From a virus (lineage: Duplodnaviria > Caudoviricetes): a stretch of 51,759 nucleotides of DNA. Both the position numbers and the translations under genes were made by a program. Below, piece after piece: positions 1-10,190 of this stretch. Under the pieces are notes generated by a model. That model did not search any database. It saw only the letters and a list, made by a program, of their open reading frames with translations, and was not told the DNA's origin. Each line of letters begins with the position of its first letter. The first letter of the stretch is position 1. The DNA lies in the IMG/VR virus record IMGVR_UViG_3300024232_000017, positions 1-51,759 of that record; one strand, written 5' to 3'.

Positions 1-17
1 AAAAGAAAGGAAAGCTA

Positions 18-125
18 ATGAATGAAGTCAATACTGACCTGGCTAAGGTCGCTGCTCCCAAGCAAGACCAGAAGCCAGCCGAGCAGACCAAGCCGGAAAA
101 CAAAGAAGTCGAAGTAAAGAAGTAA
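18..125 (+). CDS. Small charged protein (35 aa, MNEVNTDLAK...)
   Basis: ATG after AAGGA RBS, followed by a terminator; frame conserved in second copy (50957-51064). Confidence 0.6.
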   Translation: MNEVNTDLAKVAAPKQDQKPAEQTKPENKEVEVKK

Positions 126-145
126 TCTCTCTTTAATTCATATTA

Positions 146-187
146 AAGGCCCCTTAGACGCACAAGGATGCATCTGGGGCCTTTTCT
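146..187 (+). terminator. Rho-independent terminator
   Basis: AAGGCCCC...GGGGCCTT stem plus T tract; copy B keeps the stem (GCCCCAG/CTGGGGC) with a different loop. Confidence 0.7.
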
Positions 188-200
188 ATTTGGAGAAGAC

Positions 201-980
201 ATGTTAACAAGTCAACTTGTAGAAATGTACGGTTACAAGGAATTCAAAGACGGTAGTGCACATCTTTGGTTATCACAACATCCCTATGATCCTGGCGGAA
301 GCATTTGCTTACCTTGCAAATGGTGGGAACAGGAAACTATAAAATCTGGTTTAGACTATCCACCAGAATTCATATTTTTCTTCACTGCCCCAATTCATAA
401 AAGAAAGAAGTTTAGACGAATGAAATCCTTTGGAACCTGTGTAGGAACACAATATACAGCTACAGATTCTTACAATAAGATAATGATTTCTTTAGATGAT
501 TGCAGTAATAAGCCCTGCATTACATCCACCGCAGCGCCAACGCTTGTGTGTGCACAAAAAGAAGAAAAGGGAACTACCATGGCTACTTTCAACACTACGG
601 CTGACCTCACTGCCCAGCAGAAGAACTATCTGGCCTCGCGGTTGGATACTCTGAAGTGGCAGAAGGCTGACGAACTTCGTGCGCCTTACGGCCTGAAGGA
701 TGACGACGCACCGCAGTCGTTCGATGAACTCCTGGAGCGCCTTGACAAGGGTCGCTACGTGATCTCGGATGAGAAGCGTAAGCTGAAGTACGGCTGGTAC
801 GATGCCATGTGCTACGTTGAGTGGCGTGACCCGGCGATCAAGAAGGATCGTGAAGGTTACGATGCGGCTGTCGAGAAGGTCGAGGCTGCTGCGCTCAAGG
901 TGAAGGACATCATCGTCGTCAAGTCGCTGGACGATGGTCTTGCTGCCGTGGAAGCTTTCGAGACTGCCGCGTTTCAGTGA
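201..980 (+). CDS. Hypothetical protein with probable second in-frame start at 579
   Basis: ATG 201 after GGAGA; second RBS and ATG at 579 where composition shifts from AT-rich to GC-rich codons. Confidence 0.7.
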   Translation: MLTSQLVEMYGYKEFKDGSAHLWLSQHPYDPGGSICLPCKWWEQETIKSGLDYPPEFIFFFTAPIHKRKKFRRMKSFGTCVGTQYTATDSYNKIMISLDDCSNKPCITSTAAPTLVCAQKEEKGTTMATFNTTADLTAQQKNYLASRLDTLKWQKADELRAPYGLKDDDAPQSFDELLERLDKGRYVISDEKRKLKYGWYDAMCYVEWRDPAIKKDREGYDAAVEKVEAAALKVKDIIVVKSLDDGLAAVEAFETAAFQ

Positions 981-1056
981 CAATTGGTGGATCAGGGTTC
1001 TAGAAGAAACGTATAACGTTCCAAACCCTCTCTACTACTACCTCTAAACAAACTAA

Positions 1057-1100
1057 AACCCCCGGTTGAAGCTTTTGGCTTTAATCGGGGGTTGTTTCTT
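1057..1100. terminator. Bidirectional terminator where the two gene arms converge
   Basis: AACCCCCGGTTGAAGC/GCTTTAATCGGGGGTT hairpin flanked by A-rich and T-rich tracts. Confidence 0.7.
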
Positions 1101-1449
1101 GCCTGTGAATAAGTCTATGGCAGTTTGCACACAATGTTATCAAATTATTTGGATCATTATTATGATGGTTCTGGTCTATGTGATGAACATCTAGTTGACA
1201 ACGATTTTCAGCTATAAAACCACAACGTGAACAACATTCCTCTTTAAACTTTCTATAAATTCTTTCGCCATTACAACGATAGACATAAAATTGTTTACGT
1301 TTTCTTATTCCAAATCTCTTTTCATCACACCAAGAACATAAGGCTTGATACGTTCCTTTAGAAGTTTTCTTTTGCTTATTCTTCTTGCAGAAAACACAAA
1401 TCCCCTGGATGTGGGTTGCTTCTGGTTTTCTATAAAGCCAAGCGCTCAT
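1081..1449 (-). CDS. HNH endonuclease (free-standing, putative homing)
   Basis: CxxC...LDVHHIDQNHHNNDPNNLITLCANCH HNH motif; AT-rich. Confidence 0.9.
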   Translation of the reverse strand: MSAWLYRKPEATHIQGICVFCKKNKQKKTSKGTYQALCSWCDEKRFGIRKRKQFYVYRCNGERIYRKFKEECCSRCGFIAENRCQLDVHHIDQNHHNNDPNNLITLCANCHRLIHRQETTPD

Positions 1450-1487
1450 ATTCAGGGGGTTTATTTGTGTCTATTTGAAATTTAGGG

Positions 1488-2723
1488 TTAATATCTAGAA
1501 CCTAACTCAGATTTCTTAGTCTTTTGGTCGTGAATAATTTGAGATCCTCGTTGAATGTCTTCAGTATCCTTACCTAAGGATAGTAAACGTTGTGTATCCG
1601 TCATTCCTGCTCTACGAGAAGCATTTCTAGCTTCTACTTCACCTGCAATAGAACTGTAAAGAGGATGCTCCGCATCTTCGAGTGTTGATTTAGCAATTTT
1701 TACAGCTTCTTCATAAATCGTTTGACGTTCAGTAGGTCCTTTAGCAGATTTATATTCCTGCGAAAGCCTCTTGATTTCGTTAAAATTTCCCTGATAATTT
1801 CTTTTAATAATAGCAGATTTAAGATTATCTTTTAAAACAGCTTCAATTTCATTAGGAGTTCCAATGGTAAAACCTTCTTTAAACTGGATCCAATGTTGAA
1901 TTTCATGAAGCATTGTGCTTTTAATCTTTTCAGGATCGTTTACAATTTTAGGGTTTATATAAATTGTATTTACATTAGAATCAAACATTCCATAAAAACC
2001 CTTCTTCTCCATAATTGGAGTTTCTACAACAAGAACATCTTTTAATTCTGGGTATACTTTGAAAAGCTTTTCATGGTCAAGAACATCTCCTAAATAACCT
2101 GCTCGAATTTTTCCAAATTCTTTTGGAGCTTTGTAATCTTCTAGTTTTTCAGGATTGAACTTTGCTTGGTGATCAGATATCTCGTTTTTCCAACGTCCTT
2201 CTGAGCCTCTTTCTAAACCAGTCATCTTTTTAATTAAACGTTCATCAATGCCCGCTGTTTCCATTTTACCTGCAAGACGTAAGGCGTCTTGAGACAAACG
2301 CCCACCAAATAACCCTAAACCTTGTTTATATGGAGCAGAGGCCATGCCTAGACCTAGAAGATCAAAAGCTACTTCAGCACCTTTGGAAGCTACTTCAGGA
2401 TGGTCTTCAACGCTAGCACCTAAGGGCATTTGCATTGCAGATTCAGTGAAATCTTTGATGGCTGCTAAAGGCTTAGTGACAACAGCGTTATAAACCTTAC
2501 TAGCAGTAGGAGCTACAATCTTATCATAGACAAAAGATGGAGCTTGGTTGGCGAAAGAAGAACCTTCATCCACCCAATCAGAACCAGGTTGTTCCCAATT
2601 CTTGCGCATTGGGTTAAATGTTACCTGATCAAGGGGTGCCCTATCATCAGCAAATGCAGGTGCAGCTACAGCAGCCTGGAATTCATCCTCGTGATATTGA
2701 CCATCGCTTGTACCAATAGGCAT
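1488..2723 (-). CDS. Polyvalent-protein-type virion/injected protein with LPD23-like and zincin HExxH metallopeptidase-like domains
   Basis: TGLERGSEGRWKNEISD (LPD23-like), LHEIQHWIQ, GEVEARN motifs. Confidence 0.7.
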   Translation of the reverse strand: MPIGTSDGQYHEDEFQAAVAAPAFADDRAPLDQVTFNPMRKNWEQPGSDWVDEGSSFANQAPSFVYDKIVAPTASKVYNAVVTKPLAAIKDFTESAMQMPLGASVEDHPEVASKGAEVAFDLLGLGMASAPYKQGLGLFGGRLSQDALRLAGKMETAGIDERLIKKMTGLERGSEGRWKNEISDHQAKFNPEKLEDYKAPKEFGKIRAGYLGDVLDHEKLFKVYPELKDVLVVETPIMEKKGFYGMFDSNVNTIYINPKIVNDPEKIKSTMLHEIQHWIQFKEGFTIGTPNEIEAVLKDNLKSAIIKRNYQGNFNEIKRLSQEYKSAKGPTERQTIYEEAVKIAKSTLEDAEHPLYSSIAGEVEARNASRRAGMTDTQRLLSLGKDTEDIQRGSQIIHDQKTKKSELGSRY

Positions 2724-5333
2724 TTAGCGTCTCCGGCCACCGCTAGGCTCAATAGGTCCATACTCAATACCTGTGATGGTATTAGCAGGATCAGTTAGGT
2801 TTTGTCCAGGAGGCATCTTGCGTCCAGTTACATCCATTGCTTCTGGTATAGGTTCATTAGTAGGATTACGGACGAAGTCCATAGGAGTCCCACCTCTACG
2901 TCTATCTGGCGAACTATAGTGCATTATGTCGTTAGATGTATTTGGAGTGGTACTACCCCTAGGGCTTTCTGTTTTACGCGATCCTGGGGCATTTGTGGGC
3001 GATTGCGGGGCATTCTGTGAGCCACCCTCGGTAGGCTTAGTGCGAGACAAAACCATTGCTTCACCCATTGCCTGGATGGGATTGACCTCTGTACCCTCTG
3101 CCTTCTTATTAGGATCGAAGCCAGCATTGCGTAGCTGTGCCATTACAAAAGCATCTGGGTCTCCATCAACAGACCTAGCCCAGTTAGCCTGACCTTGAAT
3201 ACCGATATTGAGACGGTCAATGATTGTTTTAGCGTAGCGATACTGACGTACAGCAGCTAGACCAGTGTTCTTGAATTGAGAGGCAGCTTCAAACTCAGCC
3301 TTAGGCTTAATGTCAAATCTAGATTGATCTGAGTTATAGCTAATCTGATAATTAGTATTAAGCATGAGCGAGCTTAATTCTTTGGCTTCTTTACCAAAGA
3401 GTTGCACGGCAAACTCATTCTTTACCCAAGCTTCATACTGTCCAGCTAGACCTGGTTGTATTCTATCTAGACGTTTGACTTCATCGGCTACTCCCTTAGA
3501 AGTATAGTCAGAATAGACTGCATACTTACCAGGAGCATAGGTGCCATCTGGCTTCCAGTAATCAGGTCTAAACCAAGCTAAGTGATTTCTATTGGTAGGA
3601 TCAAATGCTGCCTGTAAGAAGCCAATCTTAGCTTTGTCAGACACCTTAGGATCTGTGACATTATCTGCGAATGTTTTACTTACACCTGCATAGTAATTGT
3701 TATCGGTAACGTTGTTCTTTTGTGCTTCTGCAAAGACCTTGTTCATAGTTACTTTAGCAGGAGGCAAGGAACTGCCCGAACGTTGTGGCGTAGTAGGTTG
3801 CTCAGGTGGAGCAAGAATACTGTCGATATGTTTGCTGTTGCGAATGTCCTGGCCTTTATCAGCAGACCTCTGCGTAGCAACTTCCTTCATGGCATTATCA
3901 AACATAGTTTGAATGCCAGTCTCTATTCCTAATTTCTTTGAAATAGATTCACTGAACTTACCTGCAAGAATAGGATCAATCTTGCGTAGGGCTTCGTTAA
4001 TAGAAAGCATAGTGCCTATGTCTTTGTTTTCATAGACCTTCCGCTGTGCGGTAGCTTGCATATTGGAGACTGTCCGCATGTCGTCCGCAGCCAATCCATA
4101 ATCTTTGTTCTTCAACTTATCAATGACATTATCAAAGAGCTTCATGCTACCATTAATAGCTTTATCCAGTTCAATATCAGAACCCATTAAGCCTGCAACA
4201 GTGTATGTATTGCCATCACGATCTTTCAGAGGTTTGTGATATTCATCCCACTTGGCTCGGTAGAAACGTTGACGGGCATCTACAACAGCCGTGGTAATCT
4301 CTTGACCCTGCTGATCAGTCATAGTCGTCTTACCGTTGGCAACCATGGTTAAGAACTGGTCATACTTCTGTGGAGTATTGTAACCAAGGGAGTGTGCGGT
4401 AGAGACAAACCAATCAGAAGAACTTTTGTACATATCTTCTGAGATATGTTGATTGCCAAAGCGTTTATTAGCATCGGCAGACTTATCTGCTACATTATAG
4501 TCAGAAAGCTTGCGATCATTCGCAGCCTTCCAAGCAATCTTATCTTGTATCTGTGACCAGACATAGCTGGGATCGTATTTACCAGACATTAGTCCTTGTC
4601 TAAGCTCTGGTCCTTGAGGTCCTAAACTACCCATAATGTCTACGTTGTTAAACAACGATAGAACTCTGTTACGGTCTACATTTGCACCAGACATGCTGGC
4701 ATTAATAGTTTGAACCAGAGATCTGATCTGAGCGTTAGCTGGATCAGTTCCTAGTGCTTTAGATACCAGGCCGTCAATGTAATCTCTGTAACCAGGATAC
4801 TGTGAGCGTAGGTCTTTGCTCAAGGTGAGCATCTCTGCATAGTACTTAGTATAAGGAAGACCCTTCTCGTAAGCACCGTATAGAACGTCTAGATCCTTTG
4901 GCAGTTGCTTTAGATCATTAGGCATAGGCTTAGCTACACCAGGAGGATCTGGCCAGATGCTATCGTCAGGCTTTGCCTGAGCGTAAGCATTCATTGGATT
5001 TTCATCAACCTTGTTAGCACCTTCAATGGTGCCTGCGAGGTTTTCGTCTGAACCATCCACACCAATGGAACCAGATTTAGTTTTACCTGATTGAACGTTC
5101 TGTAGATACTGCGTGAAAGCATCTCTACGTTCATCTACGCCTGAATAGACCTTTTGCTTAATATCTTCTTTGACGACGATATCTGCAGCCTTGATGCCTG
5201 CATCCATGACGTTGGCTAAGCCGGAGAGGGCTACACCAGCAGACTTATCTGCTTCAGGTTGTGTGATACCTTTGGAATATCCCAAGTAATTGGGATCGCC
5301 TACTCCAGGAAGGTCTTGAGGAATTCTAGCCAC
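2724..5333 (-). CDS. Putative internal virion (ejection) protein
   Basis: 869 aa ORF in the internal virion protein block; function from position only. Confidence 0.6.
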   Translation of the reverse strand: MARIPQDLPGVGDPNYLGYSKGITQPEADKSAGVALSGLANVMDAGIKAADIVVKEDIKQKVYSGVDERRDAFTQYLQNVQSGKTKSGSIGVDGSDENLAGTIEGANKVDENPMNAYAQAKPDDSIWPDPPGVAKPMPNDLKQLPKDLDVLYGAYEKGLPYTKYYAEMLTLSKDLRSQYPGYRDYIDGLVSKALGTDPANAQIRSLVQTINASMSGANVDRNRVLSLFNNVDIMGSLGPQGPELRQGLMSGKYDPSYVWSQIQDKIAWKAANDRKLSDYNVADKSADANKRFGNQHISEDMYKSSSDWFVSTAHSLGYNTPQKYDQFLTMVANGKTTMTDQQGQEITTAVVDARQRFYRAKWDEYHKPLKDRDGNTYTVAGLMGSDIELDKAINGSMKLFDNVIDKLKNKDYGLAADDMRTVSNMQATAQRKVYENKDIGTMLSINEALRKIDPILAGKFSESISKKLGIETGIQTMFDNAMKEVATQRSADKGQDIRNSKHIDSILAPPEQPTTPQRSGSSLPPAKVTMNKVFAEAQKNNVTDNNYYAGVSKTFADNVTDPKVSDKAKIGFLQAAFDPTNRNHLAWFRPDYWKPDGTYAPGKYAVYSDYTSKGVADEVKRLDRIQPGLAGQYEAWVKNEFAVQLFGKEAKELSSLMLNTNYQISYNSDQSRFDIKPKAEFEAASQFKNTGLAAVRQYRYAKTIIDRLNIGIQGQANWARSVDGDPDAFVMAQLRNAGFDPNKKAEGTEVNPIQAMGEAMVLSRTKPTEGGSQNAPQSPTNAPGSRKTESPRGSTTPNTSNDIMHYSSPDRRRGGTPMDFVRNPTNEPIPEAMDVTGRKMPPGQNLTDPANTITGIEYGPIEPSGGRRR

Positions 5334-5336
5334 TAA

Positions 5337-8300
5337 TTACGGTCCTTGTAATGTTTTAGGATAAGTACGGAGATAGTCGAGTTTCTTGGCTTCAGGTACA
5401 TCGTGGAGGTAGAACTTCCAGTTAGTCCGAGCAATGAGATCTTGGTGTCTGTCAGCAGCCTGAGCTATGATCTTGGCAAAGTTCTCTTCTGGGTATCCGA
5501 CAGCATGTAACCAAACGAAGGCACGTTTCATATAATCTTTAGCTTGCCCTTCATTCTTGTCGTCTGCTGCTTGAAGTCCACGTCTGAACTCTTGAGTGAA
5601 CTTGTTCTCAGCATACTTCCACATTTCTTCACGATCTTTAATAGACCAAGTTTTGGTGAAGACATCGTTAGCATCTTGAGGTTGTAAACCAAAAGCTGAC
5701 ATGAAGACAGCATTCAGAGGAGATACCTGCCCTAAGACATATTCTTTCTTGGAGAGCCAATTACCTGTGTTAATTGCAGCAATAGCGTGCCAGATACTAT
5801 TGACAGATTGTATTTCTTTGAGAGGATCAAGGAAGTCTTCAGGCTTGAACTTGAACTCTCCTGTCCCTTTTATTGCATTAGATATGGCAGTTACGAAGCC
5901 ATCTCCTGCTGTGAACATGTTATGGAATGTTCCGAAAGAAGCACCACCAACAATAGTCCACCAAGGTTTATCACCACGGAGAGCTTCTTTGAGTTGTTCG
6001 AAGCCTTGAGCACCGTAGCGTTCACCAATGTTATACCAATTGCCTGTAGCCATTCCAGCAACCAAAGCTGGAATACCTTCCATAGCTAAAGAGTGCAACC
6101 AGTTGTCTCCAACCACATAACCTTGTTCCAAGGCATTCTTGCGGAGGTATTCTCCGAAGGGGAAACCTGTGACACCAAGTGCAGAAGGAACACCAAAGGC
6201 AGCAGAGTATGTTGCCATGATGCGAGCTCTAGCGAGAGCACGTTCAGTTACAGTCTCTCCGATACGTTTGGAGAAGAAGACTTCTGCCAAGCGCATTTGG
6301 TAAGAGAGGAACTGTGATGTAAGGGAGAACACACCTGAATGCATTGCCGAAGCAGAGGCACGAGACATGTTGTTGGCTAAAATATCAGCACGCTCTAAGA
6401 TTTGAGCACGCTCTAGTTCAGTGATGCGTCCAGTAGGATTGGCTTCTCTGAACTCTTTGAAGGCTGTATACCAAGCACCTTGTCTGACGAAGCGATCACT
6501 ACCTTTGAAGAACATCTGCCCCCAATCGAGGAAGGTATTCCATTTGGTCTGAACCAGTCTGAAGTTATCTAAACGATCTTTGTAAATGTGTTCAGCACCA
6601 GAGTATTCAAACCCTGTGCGTTCTAGTTGCTCTCTAGCTTCTTTCCATTCACCTGCCTTAAAGCTCTTGAAGCCAGGCATATTAAGTTTAGTTGCCCAGT
6701 TATCTAAGGCTTCAACCATGTCTGGGTTTATTCTGGCCCATTGATGTAACAAGGCACCGTACGATCCTGCAGGCGCATGTAGAGGAGAATGCGCAGCAAT
6801 GTTAACGTAGGTCATGCTGTTAGTAATCAATTGTGGGAGAGCAAACAGACCCATCTTCATATGGTAGACCATGCCTCTGACAAAGGAGACAGGATCTTTA
6901 GTAATTGGAAGAGCGGTCTGCGGTATCATTGCAGCCTTAGGCCCAATCTTATCATACATAGTATCTGATAAGTTTTGGGTTAGCTCTGCAGCAAACTTGT
7001 CTGTAATGGTAGGTTGACCTAAGAATTGCTGGATCTTAAATCTATTGGCCAGAAGAGCAGACTTTACCTGTAGAGGGGTGTCATCTTTCCAGATTGGTCT
7101 ATAAAAATGTTTATAAGGAGAATACTTAAGTTCATCGTTTCCTGGTTCCAACCATTTACCAGCTTCTCTAATCCAAGACTCCACTGAGAACATCTTATAG
7201 TCATCCGCAAGCTGAGAATTCAGAATGCGAGACAATGATCTGTTCATCATTGGTAGAGGATCAACTAAGTCTGCTGGCTCATACTTGTAGATTGGATTAT
7301 GGCGTGTACCTTCATTATTAATAGTAAACATCTCCCAAGCATCACGTTCACCAGTAAACTTCACCTGGAACTGTGAGGCTAGAGAGCCTTGACGTGTACC
7401 ATCCTTAAAGGTCTTGGGATATCTTTCCTCAAGATCTTTATTCATATCTACAATTAAGGTATCCCGAGGAACTACAACAAGAGGTTCATGAGTATTCAGA
7501 CGTGGAGGAATATCCTTGCCGTTTACTTTGCTTGGGATGAACCAAGAGCGGAACTCTTTCCACTCGATTGGCAAGTTACTGTCTTTGAAGAGTTGTTCAG
7601 CAGCTTTAAGATTTACTGCACCCTTCTTATCCATCAACTCAATGACTGGATTAAGCTTAGCTACTAAGTCATGTCCCATCTGTCTAAGAGCAATAGGCAT
7701 GACTGTGGTATCTCCTTCATACCAATGTCTGAAGTCGTTCTTACCCCAGAACTCTGGACGTATCTTAGCCTGCTTAATGTAATGGTCGTATTCGTATTCA
7801 AAGTGTCCACCACCTCTACGTGGGAGTTGATCCCAGCTTAAAGGCTTCTGTTCCACGTTCTTAGTTATGACCCAACGAATGTTATATCCCTTGGCCTTAT
7901 CACCAAACTCTTGGAATGGACGTTCATTAGAATTGTAAATCTCAATGACCTTGGCTTCACCACGTTTGATTAAGCCTTCCCAAGTTTCCTTGGTCTTCTT
8001 ATTAACTTTAGAACTGTTCTTGTAAACTTGTTCACCGCCGAGTAAGTCTCCTACAACCATGATGGAGTCATCACCACCGGGGAAGGTATGACGTTCAACA
8101 CCATCGAATGGCGCAGCAGTGTGTACTTTACCGTCTGCATCCTTAACAGCAACAGTCCAGTTCTGTGCGCCCAGGCGAGACTTGTTTCTATAAAGTTCAA
8201 TGGTACGAACAATACGGTCCATCTCTACGAGACGCTTATGAGCGAAGTACGCTCTGACCTCATAGTCTTCTGGCATCCGTTTGAAAACGAACTGGTAGAA

Positions 8301-10190
8301 GTCTTGAAGCTCACTAATGCTTTCGAAGAAACGTCCTGGCTGTCCTTTGATATCTTTATCTAGTTGATCATTCTTTAGCGTACGCTCTAAGTCTTCCCAT
8401 TGCTTCTTGCCACCCTTAGACTTAACAGCGTTGATAAGCTCACGCTCTTCATTAGCAATGTTAGTCAATAGAGCTTTAGCATATGTGACAGCATGTCTGT
8501 TCATACGATTAAGCTGTGACAGCGTATCTTCAGGAGTACGTACCCAGCTTAAGGCAGACCGAAATAGACCTGACTGCGGTGTCTGATTAATAGAAGCTTT
8601 CTTTAAAAGATCTCTGACAATGTCATCAGTAACATCCAAAGGGGCATTAACACGAATAAAGTAACCCAGACCAGTACGCGCGAGAGCAGCTTTATCCACA
8701 TCAATCATTCCAATCTTTTCTAAGCCATGCATCTGTGCAAAGGCAGCGGCAGTAGCTTCATCCGAAAAGAGAGTGCCTGCGAAATTACCTACTTTGATAT
8801 CGTAGTTAAATGTATTGGAGAATGGATCACGTACTGGATCAGAAACATCTAGAATAGCATTACGAATGCCAGGGTTATTCTTCTTAGCCCGTTCTGCTAA
8901 TTCTCTGAAGACATCTTCTGAAGCTTGACGAAATGGTACGGACATAACCTGTTGCATATTAGCAATGGTGCCCATAATCTTATCTTGCGCCGTGTCGTAA
9001 TCCTGACGAACGATATTAGTCAGACCAGAAGATAAACCTTGATCGCCACCTTTCTCAATGGCAGCAACGTCTGCACGTAGCCCTGTAGGAAGCATCTCCA
9101 AAGCATCCTGTGCTGGACGATTAGTTCCCTTGAAAGTTCTTTCCACCATATCAGCATTACGCTGTACGGCAGCCTCCGTCATATCACCCACACCCTCAGC
9201 CAGACTGGCTTTGGTAGGTGGTGTATGTGCTACATTCTTAATCTGATCTTTAACTGCAGCCCGTACTTCAGCAGCAAGGGCCATATGCTTTGCTGTCTTA
9301 AAGACACCAGAACCTAAGGTCCAGATACTGCCAAGGTTAAGCGCAGACTGTATATCGTCAAAGCTTTGATCAGAAATGGACTGACCCACTAGCGCTGTGG
9401 CATAGTGAAGTGCAGCAGAAGGATTGTCTGCTTTAATTCTATTGTATTTTTCTAAGATGACTTTCTGATATTCACCTTCGGGGAGAGCCAGATCTTTTCT
9501 TGTGGAGATTTCAAGGTTAGTGCCAAGTAATCCTTTGAAGAAATCTAGACCTTCTGCACGAAGCTTACCTTCAGAATACAAACCGAGGGAGAAGATATCT
9601 TTAGCAATATCTCCTGCATAACCCCAGTTAGATTGTTTCTTTAAAGTCTCTATTGCATCCTGTTGAAGTTTCTTAGAGAACTCTACACGGGCAAGGGAGG
9701 TTACTCCTAGGTTAGCAATCTTCTGTGTGACAACAGGGATTTCCTCGTATGCCTTATTCCAAAAGGTATCTCCGTCCCGTTGAGCAAATTCATCGAACTC
9801 ACCAATAGCACGTTCAGCGTACTTCTGTTCGAAGACAGAAGCTACGTTAGCTGGAGGAATTGCAGCATTTACTTCAGAAACAATATTACGTTTCTCAAAG
9901 TCATTGTTGGCATTCCTAACGGCAGCTACGATAATGCTTCTTTTCTTGACTGCATTGTTCTGGTCAATGGTGGCTGTAGCTGTCTGACGCATAGTGTCTT
10001 CATAGCCTTTAGAGAAGGCATCATAAAGCTCACCATACCGATCTCCCCATAAACTGGCCATTCCAAGGTTAGCCTTGGTCGCACGTAGTGTAGCTATCTC
10101 CGGGGAAAGAGGATTAGCTTGAGAAGAATTTGTATCAATACTAACTGGAACTATTTCTTGTTCAGAAGTATCAATTGAAACGGGTTCCAT
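5337..10190 (-). CDS. Large internal virion (ejection) protein, T7 gp16-like position
   Basis: 1617 aa, largely helical; podovirus synteny. Confidence 0.65.
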   Translation of the reverse strand: MEPVSIDTSEQEIVPVSIDTNSSQANPLSPEIATLRATKANLGMASLWGDRYGELYDAFSKGYEDTMRQTATATIDQNNAVKKRSIIVAAVRNANNDFEKRNIVSEVNAAIPPANVASVFEQKYAERAIGEFDEFAQRDGDTFWNKAYEEIPVVTQKIANLGVTSLARVEFSKKLQQDAIETLKKQSNWGYAGDIAKDIFSLGLYSEGKLRAEGLDFFKGLLGTNLEISTRKDLALPEGEYQKVILEKYNRIKADNPSAALHYATALVGQSISDQSFDDIQSALNLGSIWTLGSGVFKTAKHMALAAEVRAAVKDQIKNVAHTPPTKASLAEGVGDMTEAAVQRNADMVERTFKGTNRPAQDALEMLPTGLRADVAAIEKGGDQGLSSGLTNIVRQDYDTAQDKIMGTIANMQQVMSVPFRQASEDVFRELAERAKKNNPGIRNAILDVSDPVRDPFSNTFNYDIKVGNFAGTLFSDEATAAAFAQMHGLEKIGMIDVDKAALARTGLGYFIRVNAPLDVTDDIVRDLLKKASINQTPQSGLFRSALSWVRTPEDTLSQLNRMNRHAVTYAKALLTNIANEERELINAVKSKGGKKQWEDLERTLKNDQLDKDIKGQPGRFFESISELQDFYQFVFKRMPEDYEVRAYFAHKRLVEMDRIVRTIELYRNKSRLGAQNWTVAVKDADGKVHTAAPFDGVERHTFPGGDDSIMVVGDLLGGEQVYKNSSKVNKKTKETWEGLIKRGEAKVIEIYNSNERPFQEFGDKAKGYNIRWVITKNVEQKPLSWDQLPRRGGGHFEYEYDHYIKQAKIRPEFWGKNDFRHWYEGDTTVMPIALRQMGHDLVAKLNPVIELMDKKGAVNLKAAEQLFKDSNLPIEWKEFRSWFIPSKVNGKDIPPRLNTHEPLVVVPRDTLIVDMNKDLEERYPKTFKDGTRQGSLASQFQVKFTGERDAWEMFTINNEGTRHNPIYKYEPADLVDPLPMMNRSLSRILNSQLADDYKMFSVESWIREAGKWLEPGNDELKYSPYKHFYRPIWKDDTPLQVKSALLANRFKIQQFLGQPTITDKFAAELTQNLSDTMYDKIGPKAAMIPQTALPITKDPVSFVRGMVYHMKMGLFALPQLITNSMTYVNIAAHSPLHAPAGSYGALLHQWARINPDMVEALDNWATKLNMPGFKSFKAGEWKEAREQLERTGFEYSGAEHIYKDRLDNFRLVQTKWNTFLDWGQMFFKGSDRFVRQGAWYTAFKEFREANPTGRITELERAQILERADILANNMSRASASAMHSGVFSLTSQFLSYQMRLAEVFFSKRIGETVTERALARARIMATYSAAFGVPSALGVTGFPFGEYLRKNALEQGYVVGDNWLHSLAMEGIPALVAGMATGNWYNIGERYGAQGFEQLKEALRGDKPWWTIVGGASFGTFHNMFTAGDGFVTAISNAIKGTGEFKFKPEDFLDPLKEIQSVNSIWHAIAAINTGNWLSKKEYVLGQVSPLNAVFMSAFGLQPQDANDVFTKTWSIKDREEMWKYAENKFTQEFRRGLQAADDKNEGQAKDYMKRAFVWLHAVGYPEENFAKIIAQAADRHQDLIARTNWKFYLHDVPEAKKLDYLRTYPKTLQGP

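Larger units (their letters stand above)
1..843 (+). repeat. Terminal duplication, copy A (diverged copy B at 50940-51759)
   Basis: 1-843 aligns with 50940-51759; near-identical at both ends, strongly diverged in the middle (~125-710). Confidence 0.95.

Noticed and set aside
5337-10190. Virion RNA polymerase
   Set aside because: No T7-type or DxDGD catalytic motifs recognised; size and position fit an ejection protein
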